Virus record (IMG/VR): IMGVR_UViG_3300032608_000181
Span: 1-44,895 of that record
DNA length: 44,895 nucleotides
Origin: a virus
Taxonomy: Duplodnaviria > Caudoviricetes
Direction: 5' to 3' (one strand)
A program made the translations under genes and the position numbers. Each line of letters starts with the position of its first letter. Position 1 is the first letter of the stretch. Under the pieces are notes generated by a model. It made no database searches. It was not told where the DNA came from and was given only the letters and a program-made list of their open reading frames with translations. Positions 9,072 to 17,948 of the stretch are shown in pieces.

Positions 9072-9275
9072 ACCGCCGGCGCATGAAAAATGGACTTCAG
9101 CAGCAACAGCATTATAGGCTTGACCATTTTGAGCTTTACGTTGAGCATCAGAATCGTCGCCAGGCCCGTATGTAATTAATGTTGTGTAATCCCCTACAGC
9201 AAATGGTTTTTGACAAGCTGGACATAATTTTCCAATAGATGGGTGCTCTTTTGTTTTAGGGCCAAATTTTTTCAT
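9066..9275 (-). CDS. Cassette-borne zinc-binding hypothetical protein
   Basis: CPAC...HFSC; preceded by GTTATAA core (9295-9301) and AAGGAG RBS. Confidence 0.7.
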   Translation of the reverse strand: MKKFGPKTKEHPSIGKLCPACQKPFAVGDYTTLITYGPGDDSDAQRKAQNGQAYNAVAAEVHFSCAGGL

Positions 9276-9420
9276 ATTGATTCTCCTTTAAGGTTTATAA
9301 CCATTCTGTAGTTATCGTGTCCGCCTTCATAGTTACCCCCTCTAAACTTTTAGGGATTTCCTTATAGTTGGTGATAACATTTTATCCTCCATTTCATTTC
9401 CTTATCATATTTAATAAGTA

Positions 9421-10332
9421 TTATAAAACTTTCCTTTGTATCTCCTGAATACTGCCATTTCGCACCAGCGCTACACAATAACCTAACTCTAGAGGGTCAT
9501 ACTCTGCAATTTCAGCATACCCGCTCACACCGTCGTGACCATATAGCTTTAAAAAGCTACCAGTTGAGATATACCATTTATGGTCAGGGTGTATATACTC
9601 TGCATTTTGACTACTGGTGATATATTTTTGTTTAATTTTCTTACCATCATCAACTAAGTACAGTTCTGGTTCTGGGTCACAAACTATCAACTTATGAGAG
9701 TGGCCCTTAGCCATTATGACCGCATCGCCTGCCTTGAATTTCAAGTGTCTTTTGAGTATTAGCCGTTGATTAACCAGCCTACGCTTTGGATCATCAGCCG
9801 TGCTTGTGATAGACTTTCGTCCATGAGTAGCGAACACCTTATAAAGTAGGGTGTCTTTCTGATTTGTGATGGTTATTTTGCTTGTATATGTCCCATAAGG
9901 TACACTTAACTTATCGCAAATTATTCGAGTAATATTTCCGAACCGCCATAACTTCATTTCATGATTGCCTGTTAATATAGTCAATAACTTAGATTTAATA
10001 GGCCATAACAATGTCACGATATCCTCTATTTGCTGTAGGGGAAATGGCTGGTCAGTAGTATCAGGACTATAGCGTGGGTCATCCATCATAATAGCCTCAA
10101 TATTATCACCCATATTAATTGCCCAATTATTAGCAGGCTGTAAACCCTCATAGGGACTTTGAAATGTATCAATGAATTCCTTAAAACCATCTTTGTGATG
10201 CAGGATAGTTCCAAGATGTAAGTCCCCAATAAAGAACAAGTTGTGATTTTCAGTCAATGCTTTTGTTAGTAATTTCATAATAAACTCCTTGTGGTTTATG
10301 AATATACATACGACAATTAATACAGTCAACAT
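9421..10332 (-). CDS. Calcineurin-like metallophosphoesterase (likely start MKLLTK near 10278)
   Basis: GDLHLG, GDNIE, GNHE, THG and GHSH motifs. Confidence 0.9.
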   Translation of the reverse strand: MLTVLIVVCIFINHKEFIMKLLTKALTENHNLFFIGDLHLGTILHHKDGFKEFIDTFQSPYEGLQPANNWAINMGDNIEAIMMDDPRYSPDTTDQPFPLQQIEDIVTLLWPIKSKLLTILTGNHEMKLWRFGNITRIICDKLSVPYGTYTSKITITNQKDTLLYKVFATHGRKSITSTADDPKRRLVNQRLILKRHLKFKAGDAVIMAKGHSHKLIVCDPEPELYLVDDGKKIKQKYITSSQNAEYIHPDHKWYISTGSFLKLYGHDGVSGYAEIAEYDPLELGYCVALVRNGSIQEIQRKVL

Positions 10333-10582
10333 GCCCTTCGTCCACTTTAGGGTCTAAAGGGGCACTGCATATCGGACATCTGCCTTCCTCTATATATCGT
10401 TGTCTTCTAATTTCATTTTTCACTAAGCGTATTCCATGATATTTATAATACGATCTCTTGTTTTGCATATTGATATTATAATTATGAGTAGCACATCGGG
10501 TCTCACCTAAAATAGCTAGCCTGCTACAGTCAACACAAAGCCCTTGCTCTTTATGCCTCTTTTTGTAAGTATTATTTCCCAT
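10250..10582 (-). CDS. Cys-rich zinc-finger protein
   Basis: GLCVDC, RCATH, GRCPIC, CINC. Confidence 0.65.
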   Translation of the reverse strand: MGNNTYKKRHKEQGLCVDCSRLAILGETRCATHNYNINMQNKRSYYKYHGIRLVKNEIRRQRYIEEGRCPICSAPLDPKVDEGHVDCINCRMYIHKPQGVYYEITNKSID

Positions 10583-10850
10583 CTAACCTCTTTTCTAATT
10601 TTCTGTAGTAATAATAAAGCATAATAGAAATTCCAGACAATACAATTCCCAAAGTGTTAGAACAAATATACAGCCAGTCATGAATATATATTGAGTAAAC
10701 TAAATAACAACTTAAACCGCTTAGTATCACCCACCAGAATCCTATTGAAACTCCAGCCGTTTTTTTCACACGGATAAACTTTACAATCTGGCAAAGTGTA
10801 GATCCCTGAACGGCTATCATTCCTAATATGCCAAAATAGATTAAATCCAT
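10572..10850 (-). CDS. PQ-loop/SemiSWEET-like three-TM protein
   Basis: Three hydrophobic helices; CQIVKFIRVKKTAGVS...W...Y.I...SN matches PQI.K..RTK....S. Confidence 0.75.
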   Translation of the reverse strand: MDLIYFGILGMIAVQGSTLCQIVKFIRVKKTAGVSIGFWWVILSGLSCYLVYSIYIHDWLYICSNTLGIVLSGISIMLYYYYRKLEKRLDGK

Positions 10851-10891
10851 ATATGTTTATTCCTTTGTATGTATTAATACAACACTTTTGT

Positions 10892-10919
10892 ATAATACAC
10901 TTTTGTTTAACATTGTCAA
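10892..10919 (-). promoter_or_regulatory. Putative sigma70 promoter with an overlapping ACACTTTTGT direct repeat
   Basis: TTGACA-16 nt-TATTAT upstream of the PQ-loop gene. Confidence 0.5.
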
Positions 10920-11007
10920 CATTTACTCGACAATTGGACACGTTTCAATAATATGTCCATATTGTGGACACGTTCTTTCCAAGGTGCATTATATGCACAT
11001 TACTATA

Positions 11008-12345
11008 TTAGATGTCTAATCTACTCTTAGCTATCTTAAAATATTCAGGGTCTTTCTCGATGCCTATAAAATTGCGATTTAGGTTGCAACAAGCTATCCC
11101 TGTCGTGCCTGAACCCATGAAAGGGTCAAGTACTACCCCGCCTGTCGGTGTCATGGTTAACTTGCATAGATATTCCATGAGCTTGAGAGGTTTGACTGTT
11201 GGGTGATTGTTACCTTCACCACGTTCGGCCTTTGACGCTTTAGCACAGTAGAAAAAGCGGGCGACAGAACCGGAGTCGCCATGACCAATCTCAATTATTT
11301 CCCCATTCCATCCATGCCCCATTGTCTTACCATGTCCTCCAGCATGTGGTGTAGCTCGTTTACGAGTACCTTTTCCACTCTTCGTCTCAGGAAACAATCC
11401 CACCACTTCATCACTTCCGTCATGGATTACATTGGCAGGGAAACGACCTTTAGATGATCCAAATAATTCAGGTTTTCTGTCTTGATAATATTCATCCTTC
11501 CTATCGCCCCATTCAACTCCTTTATTAATTCTTTGTGTCTTATCATCAGTAGTCACCCTTCCCCCATCTATATTCAATCCAGCTACTTTCCACTTTAAGG
11601 CATTCTCACAAAACGTACCATCAAGGGTTTTCATGGCTACGCAAATAATTTCAGCAGCAGGCTTTAGGGCAGTCCCCCAGCCGTCCCAGAGTTGAGCTTC
11701 GGAAGTGGCAGAAGTAGTAATATCCCATGACTTATATTTTATCTCATCACCACAAGTTGGAAGTGCAAAATTACTATTTATACTTCTTGCCTTTGTTTCT
11801 TTTCCTATCACTTCACGCTCAATTATTATCCAATCTTCTTTTGGAATTAACGTTTTAAAATCATTCCAATACTTATCACTTGGGCTATGCCCCTCTTTTG
11901 TCCAATCAATAAAACTTCTATTAGCATCTATAGGTAATAAACCTAATTTTCTTGCAGCTAATACATAATCACGTCTTTTCCTCTTATCTAATTGCTTTGA
12001 AATATTTGTACTTTTCGGAAACCCCGACCCAAAAAGCCAGTAAATACAAGTCCTGATCTCCCAACCAGCATCTTCAATATTGACCATCAATCTATGATGT
12101 GTTCTGTCTCCGCCAAATACCAGCATCATAGCCCCAGGTTTGGCTACCCTTAAACATTCCTTCCATACCCCGACGTCGGGAAGCACCTTATCCCAGCCTT
12201 TGCCCATAAATTCAAGGGCATAAGGCGGGTCAGTGATAATTGTGTCAATGCTCTGATTTTCAATATCAAGCATTAGGTCTAAACAATCACCCTGCCAAAG
12301 TTGAATATTAGGTTTTGGAAATATATCTAAGGTTTGCTGTTTCAT
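11008..12345 (-). CDS. DNA methyltransferase (N6-adenine/N4-cytosine, beta class)
   Basis: GDCL, TDPPY, GFPKS, GRFPAN, HPTVKP and VLDPFMGSGTTG motifs. Confidence 0.95.
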   Translation of the reverse strand: MKQQTLDIFPKPNIQLWQGDCLDLMLDIENQSIDTIITDPPYALEFMGKGWDKVLPDVGVWKECLRVAKPGAMMLVFGGDRTHHRLMVNIEDAGWEIRTCIYWLFGSGFPKSTNISKQLDKRKRRDYVLAARKLGLLPIDANRSFIDWTKEGHSPSDKYWNDFKTLIPKEDWIIIEREVIGKETKARSINSNFALPTCGDEIKYKSWDITTSATSEAQLWDGWGTALKPAAEIICVAMKTLDGTFCENALKWKVAGLNIDGGRVTTDDKTQRINKGVEWGDRKDEYYQDRKPELFGSSKGRFPANVIHDGSDEVVGLFPETKSGKGTRKRATPHAGGHGKTMGHGWNGEIIEIGHGDSGSVARFFYCAKASKAERGEGNNHPTVKPLKLMEYLCKLTMTPTGGVVLDPFMGSGTTGIACCNLNRNFIGIEKDPEYFKIAKSRLDI

Positions 12346-12346
12346 A

Positions 12347-12541
12347 TCACTTCCCTTTATATTTCAACTCCTGTTGTGCTTCGTAATCATCATTTGAAAT
12401 ATATTCTGGACACTTAGGATTTTTCCAATCTCCGCGGGCAGAACATATTCCACTACCAGCCAACGACATACCGTGGGCGCAGTCTACCCAAGGGCATTTC
12501 CATTGAGTTGAGTCGTCAGGTGCTCGTTTATATGTTTTCAT
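12347..12541 (-). CDS. Small Cys-rich protein, copy 2
   Basis: Near-identical to 6332..6523. Confidence 0.7.
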   Translation of the reverse strand: MKTYKRAPDDSTQWKCPWVDCAHGMSLAGSGICSARGDWKNPKCPEYISNDDYEAQQELKYKGK

Positions 12542-12544
12542 GGC

Positions 12545-12970
12545 TCATTCCTCCTCCCTTGCTCTCCAGTTCCATGCCTCAATTGCACGGTCTAAATCAG
12601 CATACCAATTGGCACATGGAACAATTTCACATATCGGTTCAGCATCCAGTCCTTCAAAGAAAGAATATGAACACCCAACATACCAAAGACCTTGGCAACC
12701 ACCTTCCTGTATTGGTGGTTTAACATCCCAATTGCCTGGGTGCATAACAATTGTTGCCTGCCTGCCACAAAATGGGCATGGTTTTAGCTTTTTTACGCGC
12801 CCTATTTTCCTCTTAATTTCATCTACTTTTTGTTTAATCTCTAAATCACCATCATAGGTTCCAGTACCGTACATAGTTGGATCAAGCCCTTCCGGTACTT
12901 CCTTTGCCCAAGATGGAATGAGTGATAATAGTAATTTTATGTCATCATTTTTTACTTGTATTTCGTTCAT
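12545..12970 (-). CDS. Lar-family restriction-alleviation-like protein with N-terminal extension
   Basis: LKPCPFCG...AIEAWNWR. Confidence 0.7.
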   Translation of the reverse strand: MNEIQVKNDDIKLLLSLIPSWAKEVPEGLDPTMYGTGTYDGDLEIKQKVDEIKRKIGRVKKLKPCPFCGRQATIVMHPGNWDVKPPIQEGGCQGLWYVGCSYSFFEGLDAEPICEIVPCANWYADLDRAIEAWNWRAREEE

Positions 12971-13009
12971 CTTTTATACTCCTTGAAGTCGTTAGAGGTT
13001 TTTAGTTCT

Positions 13010-13279
13010 TTAACGGATAATTTCATAATCCTCCCCCACACATTGCTCTTTAGTAAATCCACATCCCTCACATCCATCCCAAGGATCTCTAAGTAATGCT
13101 TCTGGTTCCCACTCCCAATCATCGGGCGCACCATCAGTCACCGTGTTGCCATCGCTACCTTCAAAATCAGCAGGATCAGGGTTATGTAACCCCCACTTAA
13201 TACCTACACCAATAAGACTATTGTAAACCATAGTGCCAACTCGACCATCTGTAAACTTGATTTGAGTTCCCAGTTTCAT
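13010..13279 (-). CDS. Hypothetical protein (start MKLGTQ)
   Basis: GGGAGGT RBS before the internal ATG of track ORF 13010..13462. Confidence 0.6.
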   Translation of the reverse strand: MKLGTQIKFTDGRVGTMVYNSLIGVGIKWGLHNPDPADFEGSDGNTVTDGAPDDWEWEPEALLRDPWDGCEGCGFTKEQCVGEDYEIIR

Positions 13280-13280
13280 T

Positions 13281-13772
13281 TCACACCTCCCATTTAAACC
13301 TATGTCCACAGTTTTCGCACTCGACCTCGATAGTTTTACGCTTTTTCTCCGCCGGCTCACCCTTGATAGCCTTGCGAAGCTCTGATACTGACATTTGCTG
13401 TTCATGAGCCTGCTGGAGCCAAGAGAATTGTAAACCTGGTTCGAGTTTGGCGACTTCTGCATGGTGACTAAAGCTTAACTTCCGCGGCGAGTCCCATCGG
13501 CTAGCAGGCAAAACATTACTTGCCACATATTTGAAATTCATTAACGTCTTGGGGCGATATTTTTCGCAATCAATCAACTGAGAATAAGACTCACCCAACA
13601 TAGCTTCCGCATTATTTAAAAGATCACCAATGTAAAACTGTGATCGTTCGTATGTATCCCAAAGCAGGTCAAGTACATACTGAAACTCCTCAATATTAAG
13701 TTTTCGCTGGCATCTCAAAGCAAGTCCATCATATTTCACTAAATCTGTAGCTTGTATTTCAGTCGTTTCCAT
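13281..13772 (-). CDS. LmbU-like DNA-binding protein (start METTEI)
   Basis: QFYIGDLL..AE...Y...KTLMNFKYVA...LSFSHHAEVA resembles LmbU; GGAGGTG RBS. Confidence 0.65.
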   Translation of the reverse strand: METTEIQATDLVKYDGLALRCQRKLNIEEFQYVLDLLWDTYERSQFYIGDLLNNAEAMLGESYSQLIDCEKYRPKTLMNFKYVASNVLPASRWDSPRKLSFSHHAEVAKLEPGLQFSWLQQAHEQQMSVSELRKAIKGEPAEKKRKTIEVECENCGHRFKWEV

Positions 13773-13978
13773 ATCACACCTCCTGTATTTTATTGGGATT
13801 AATTTCGCTAAACAGAGCCCAGAAAGCCCGTCTTGCATTGGATTTGGTTGAATATCCTATATTACCACTCACTTCAACACGACCATTTTTCTGCTGTAAT
13901 TCCCAAAACCATTCTCTCCAATCTCGCACTATCACTAATTTATAACGCATCATATCATTCCTTTCCCCGATGTCGGGT

Positions 13979-14377
13979 TTATCCAGCATAAATACAATCA
14001 TAACACCTAATAGCATCTACATCTTTCCCACAAAAATCACATTTTAATTCTCGTCCTTTCCCTACGTCGGATTTTTCCAACCATTCAAGTAATTGCTCAA
14101 ACATTGCTTTCCATATATCCTCTCTCGTTACTGTTAAATGAAATAAGCGAGGATCGTTATGCACTAAATCATGGTGCTCGTAACACAACGGAATAGAACG
14201 TTTATCGGCTGGCTTCGTTCCAACTCCGCATGTCGTGCCATATCGGATATGATGAACGTATCCTGCCGGTGTTTTGCCACAGAAAAGACAATCTTTCATT
14301 GCAACAAAAAACAGGTATTCTTTATTCTTCGCTTTCTTCATAGCACATCTCCTGCCATTGCAGAGTTCACTTGCCAC
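13979..14377 (-). CDS. DUF968-like HNH nuclease
   Basis: CLFCG...HHIR...G.GTKPAD...IPLC.EHH..VH. Confidence 0.75.
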   Translation of the reverse strand: MASELCNGRRCAMKKAKNKEYLFFVAMKDCLFCGKTPAGYVHHIRYGTTCGVGTKPADKRSIPLCYEHHDLVHNDPRLFHLTVTREDIWKAMFEQLLEWLEKSDVGKGRELKCDFCGKDVDAIRCYDCIYAG

Positions 14378-14452
14378 AAAAGCGAACTCTATTTATCAAT
14401 TTACCAAAAAATGATGCAACTTTTTGGGTCAACGTGAAACGACTTGTTATAA
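14354..14452 (-). mobile_element. Degenerate attC-like site
   Basis: TTATAAC-AAGTC-GTTTCACGTTGACC...GGCAAGTGAAC with a decayed core; the inverse core complements GTTATAA just upstream of gene 14367..14645. Confidence 0.5.
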
Positions 14453-14645
14453 GGTCGTTTGGGTCTGGCACTGTCAGATGTTCAACGCCAGCTTCGTGCC
14501 ATTTTTCTACCGGAGCAACCAATACGTACCCTCCAACATTTATTCCAATTCCCCCGAATTCGGTAACGTGAATAGATGGTGAATAAAAATCCTCCGGGAT
14601 TTTCCTCCATATTTCTTTATCTGTATTCAAATATACTTCATTCAT
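14367..14645 (-). CDS. Cassette-like hypothetical protein
   Basis: Starts after GTTATAA plus RBS and reads through the attC-like site. Confidence 0.6.
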   Translation of the reverse strand: MNEVYLNTDKEIWRKIPEDFYSPSIHVTEFGGIGINVGGYVLVAPVEKWHEAGVEHLTVPDPNDLITSRFTLTQKVASFFGKLINRVRFCGK

Positions 14646-14829
14646 AATTTATCCTTATAACGCTAATGGGATGCTCTTTTTTCCCAGGCTTTCCATGCCC
14701 AATATCTAACTACATTTATCCAGTCCGCTTCCTCATCCGTTTCAGGTACATAGTCATATCCATCTTTTAACCACCACACATTAAACTTTTCATTTTCTGC
14801 CTGTCGAATTAATTTATCCATAATTCCTC

Positions 14830-15003
14830 CTAAAATGGAATCGAATCTAAATCTATCTCCTCATACGGCACATTAGGGTCAAGCTCACTCTCTAAAGTAG
14901 GTGGTACCATATCTCCTGAAGTTTCTATATTCACAATCATAGGGTTCCTCCTCTTATTAGGATTACGTCTCAGCCATTCTTTATAGCTCATTCTTTCTTC
15001 CAT
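14830..15003 (-). CDS. 57-aa protein ending in an SSB-like acidic tail
   Basis: Manual translation ends ...PYEEIDLDSIPF*. Confidence 0.55.
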   Translation of the reverse strand: MEERMSYKEWLRRNPNKRRNPMIVNIETSGDMVPPTLESELDPNVPYEEIDLDSIPF

Positions 15004-15006
15004 AGC

Positions 15007-15771
15007 TTAGTCCAGTCTTTTGGTTCTACAATCCTCGCAAATTCTATCAAAACGTAAGGAATCTTTTTCTTTTCCACAGATTTTACAAATAAAGTTATTT
15101 GATTGTTGATCTTTTAAAGGTATATCCCCTATAACCTCTTTAGATACCCATCCCAGCATAACATGATAATGTGATTTATATACTTTACCTGATTGACCAA
15201 TGTAATTATTTAAAACTTCAATCATAGCTTCAACCTTAGAACCATATCTTTCATCTAACTTTAATTTTTCTTCCTTTGTAAAAAACACAAATTCTGAATA
15301 TTTTTCTTTTATAACTTTCTTTTTATCTTTTTTATCATTCTTATCTTGTTTATATATGCCCACTGGTGTTCCACTGGTGTCTCGTTGGTGTTCCACTGGT
15401 GTCCGCTTGTAATTTTTTTGTAATTGATATTGGTCATAATTTCTTATACTTATATGTGTCCCATAGGTGTCCGATAAGAGATCAATATATTCATTATTTT
15501 GTAGGTGTGTCAGCATCCTGGATACCTTTTGACGACTCCATTTCTTAATATATCTTCCTTGTACAAGATATTCATTGTCATCAGCTATCTCAGATAAACT
15601 TGTTAGTAACTCACCACGTTTAAGATCAAATCCCTGAAACCGCTTTGGTTCCTCTAAGAATCTGGCTCTACCAATAAGGTAGATAAATAACTTTAAAATA
15701 TGAGGATTGCCTCTCCATATTGGCGAATCGAAAAGTTTCCTGGTTATCAAAAAATATGTTAGTTGTGTCAT
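15007..15771 (-). CDS. Phage replication initiator (replisome organizer)
   Basis: RKLFDSPIW...LKLFIYLI..A...LKRGELLTSL...ISIRNYDQYQ N-terminal wHTH pattern; internal iterons. Confidence 0.85.
   Translation of the reverse strand: MTQLTYFLITRKLFDSPIWRGNPHILKLFIYLIGRARFLEEPKRFQGFDLKRGELLTSLSEIADDNEYLVQGRYIKKWSRQKVSRMLTHLQNNEYIDLLSDTYGTHISIRNYDQYQLQKNYKRTPVEHQRDTSGTPVGIYKQDKNDKKDKKKVIKEKYSEFVFFTKEEKLKLDERYGSKVEAMIEVLNNYIGQSGKVYKSHYHVMLGWVSKEVIGDIPLKDQQSNNFICKICGKEKDSLRFDRICEDCRTKRLD
15300..15402. repeat. Probable replication origin (iterons plus AT-rich tract)
   Basis: CCACTGGTGT at 15360, 15371 and 15393 with a variant near 15382 (11-bp period), next to a T-rich tract inside the initiator gene, as in lambdoid origins. 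Confidence 0.7.
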
Positions 15772-15790
15772 TATTCATTGACCAGAACGT

Positions 15791-16411
15791 CTAAAACCCT
15801 AAACAAGGTTGAAAAGGTTTATCTAATTTATTATGTTTTTCAAGGTTCTCTTTAGCTGGTAAAAGTTGTAAATTTTTTAAGGCCCAACACTTCTTGAAAT
15901 CTAAATGCTCTGGTTTTGTGAAATTAAATACTGATACAGGGATTATATGATCTATATGAAGTTTACTATCTAAATAGTCTTGCCAAGTGTAGCCTTTTGG
16001 AATGGTCTTTTTAAGTCTCTTAATTAAATCATTCAATTCATACCCAACTAAATCCTCCCAATGTCTACCTTGTTTATTGCCTTTTAACATAATTCTTATC
16101 GAACTGGATATATCCCTTCTTTTTTTCATTATATTACCTTTTTCACTATCCCAATATCTTTTTACCGCTATTTTATATTTTTCTGTCTGTCGATTTCTCT
16201 TATGTGCTGCTTTACCTTTTTTACTTTCTAAGTATTTTTTTATTGCTACTTTCCCTTTTTCACTTTGGAGATATCTCTTTTGTGAGGCTTTGGCTTTTTC
16301 AGTTTGTCTATGTCTTTTCTGTACTATTTTACCAGCCTCACTTTGCCTATATCTTTTCTGTGTTGCTTTGGCTTTCTCGGTCTGCCAATATTTTTTTATC
16401 GGTTTCTCCAT
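15791..16411 (-). CDS. HNH homing-type endonuclease with basic repeats
   Basis: KRYRQSEKGK-like repeats; LHIDHIIPVS...CWALKNLQLL...NLEK. Confidence 0.85.
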   Translation of the reverse strand: MEKPIKKYWQTEKAKATQKRYRQSEAGKIVQKRHRQTEKAKASQKRYLQSEKGKVAIKKYLESKKGKAAHKRNRQTEKYKIAVKRYWDSEKGNIMKKRRDISSSIRIMLKGNKQGRHWEDLVGYELNDLIKRLKKTIPKGYTWQDYLDSKLHIDHIIPVSVFNFTKPEHLDFKKCWALKNLQLLPAKENLEKHNKLDKPFQPCLGF

Positions 16412-16557
16412 AATGTCCCCCTGAACAAAAAAAGGAGCTTAAACAGGAAGGATAGGGTCGTGAGAACCCCGCCGGAACTAAATCCGACTGCCTGTTCAAA
16501 CTCCTTTTTGTATTCACGGTTAATCATCTCACGTTTATCCTTTTTCATCCTTCCTCC

Positions 16558-16587
16558 ATCATATCTTTTAATGTTGCAGAATGTCAA
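16558..16587 (-). promoter_or_regulatory. Sigma70 promoter upstream of the HNH/replication genes
   Basis: TTGACA-18 nt-TATGAT. Confidence 0.6.
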
Positions 16588-16684
16588 CAACTAATTCAAG
16601 CTAACTATAAAAATAATTACAAGCGGAAAATATGCTACCTGAAATAGAAATCGTTCTGTACTTGGAATAATAACCTCCTGGAAA

Positions 16685-16814
16685 ACCTAACATTAAGTTA
16701 AGGGGCGGGCGAGTTTTTCCACCCACCATGAATTGGACAGCGATTCGTAAAATTACCGATACACTTGCAAATCGACTCAGTGTCAGCCCGTCCCACTTCA
16801 ACGTCTAGTTCGTT
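16685..16814 (-). mobile_element. attC-like site (130 bp)
   Basis: AACGAAC-TAGAC-GTTGAAGTGGGACGGGC...GCCCGCCCCTTAAC-TTAAT-GTTAGGT. Confidence 0.65.
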
Positions 16815-16961
16815 TTCGGGTTTTACCTCTTCCCAATAATCTAAAGCGGGAATCACACCTTGACCATATCCAGCCTTATTCATAGCATCGGCTATATCAT
16901 TACCATGAACTGTGTTTGGTCTACCTGTTCTCCAATGTAAAATAAAAGTTTTCATAGTCAC
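16698..16961 (-). CDS. Cassette-borne hypothetical protein
   Basis: GGAGGTG RBS directly after an attC core; the C-terminus is read-through of the next attC. Confidence 0.65.
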   Translation of the reverse strand: MTMKTFILHWRTGRPNTVHGNDIADAMNKAGYGQGVIPALDYWEEVKPENELDVEVGRADTESICKCIGNFTNRCPIHGGWKNSPAP

Positions 16962-16965
16962 CTCC

Positions 16966-17092
16966 TAAGAACGTTGAGATAACTTGCGGGCAGATAGTTT
17001 CGGGTATGGCCTCTTTTGGTGGCCTTTGAACCGACCCATTACGCTATCAATACCCGCAAGTGTAGCCCGTCAAGTTCATTGACTGGTTAGGG
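16966..17092 (-). mobile_element. attC-like site (127 bp)
   Basis: CCCTAAC-CAGTC-AATGAACTTGACGGGC...GCCCGCAAGTTATC-TCAAC-GTTCTTA. Confidence 0.75.
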
Positions 17093-17244
17093 GAAATTTT
17101 ATACCCAATATACAAATAACACATAGCCATCCCACCCCAACCAATAATAAGGGTGTATATTCTGGGCATCTTCCATAATATCCCATACAGTTCTTTGAAA
17201 ATCAGGCTTATCTTTAAGATGTGAGAATTTCATTTTTAAAAGCC

Positions 17245-17299
17245 TCCTAACATTGACGGTCACTTGCTGCTTGCAGTCAAGTGGACTACCTGGTTATCT
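17245..17299 (-). mobile_element. attC-like site (55 bp)
   Basis: AGATAAC-CAGGT-AGTCCACTTGACTGC-AA-GCAGCAAGTGACC-GTCAAT-GTTAGGA. Confidence 0.75.
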
Positions 17300-17842
17300 G
17301 TTTTTCGATCCACTGTACCCCATGTTTAAATCCGTGAGCCAAAGCAGTTTTATAGTCTAAGATATTCTGCGGCAATAGGCATCAAGATCAAAACCCTCAC
17401 CATCTGGCCGCGCAATTTCCGAATCATATTCATTGCGAATGACCTGTTCAATATATTCCCAATGGTCGTCACAAAATTCTTGTAAATCTTCTTTTGAAAT
17501 TGATTTCATATTTATACCATTTCAGGGGTAGAGACCTGAATAGCTACATACGTGTCCTTACTTTCGCATTCGGGACATTGTGTGATTCCCATGATAACGC
17601 AAGCCATAAAAACATGACCACATTTACCACAAATTGCTTTAATCATAAATCATCTCTGGTGTGTTGCTCGGCCATAACGTCATCTCACTTGGCCTACAAC
17701 CACCCTCCGCTCATCCGGCGCTTACATCGGGTGCATGAGCCACGATTAGCTTTATAATAGACTGTATTTCGATAATGTTTAGGAATAAATCCTTTAGGGT
17801 CTTCACAAATGATGCAGATTCGTTTATTTAACATATTTTATC

Positions 17843-17948
17843 CCCTAAGATTAAATCAGCGGAAGCCGTTTTTAGCTCCGCAGAAGTTTGGATCAATAAA
17901 ATGTTCGCACGGATCGGGATTGCTGTCCGCTGCATAGACTGGTTGGGA
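17843..17948 (-). mobile_element. attC-like site with a mutated core
   Basis: TCCCAAC-CAGTC-TATGCAGCGGA...TCCGCTGATT-TAAT-CTTAGGG. Confidence 0.6.

Noticed and set aside
17296-17510. Apparent frameshifted ORF, possible recoding
   Set aside because: No slippery signal; more simply a decayed cassette gene or a sequencing error.
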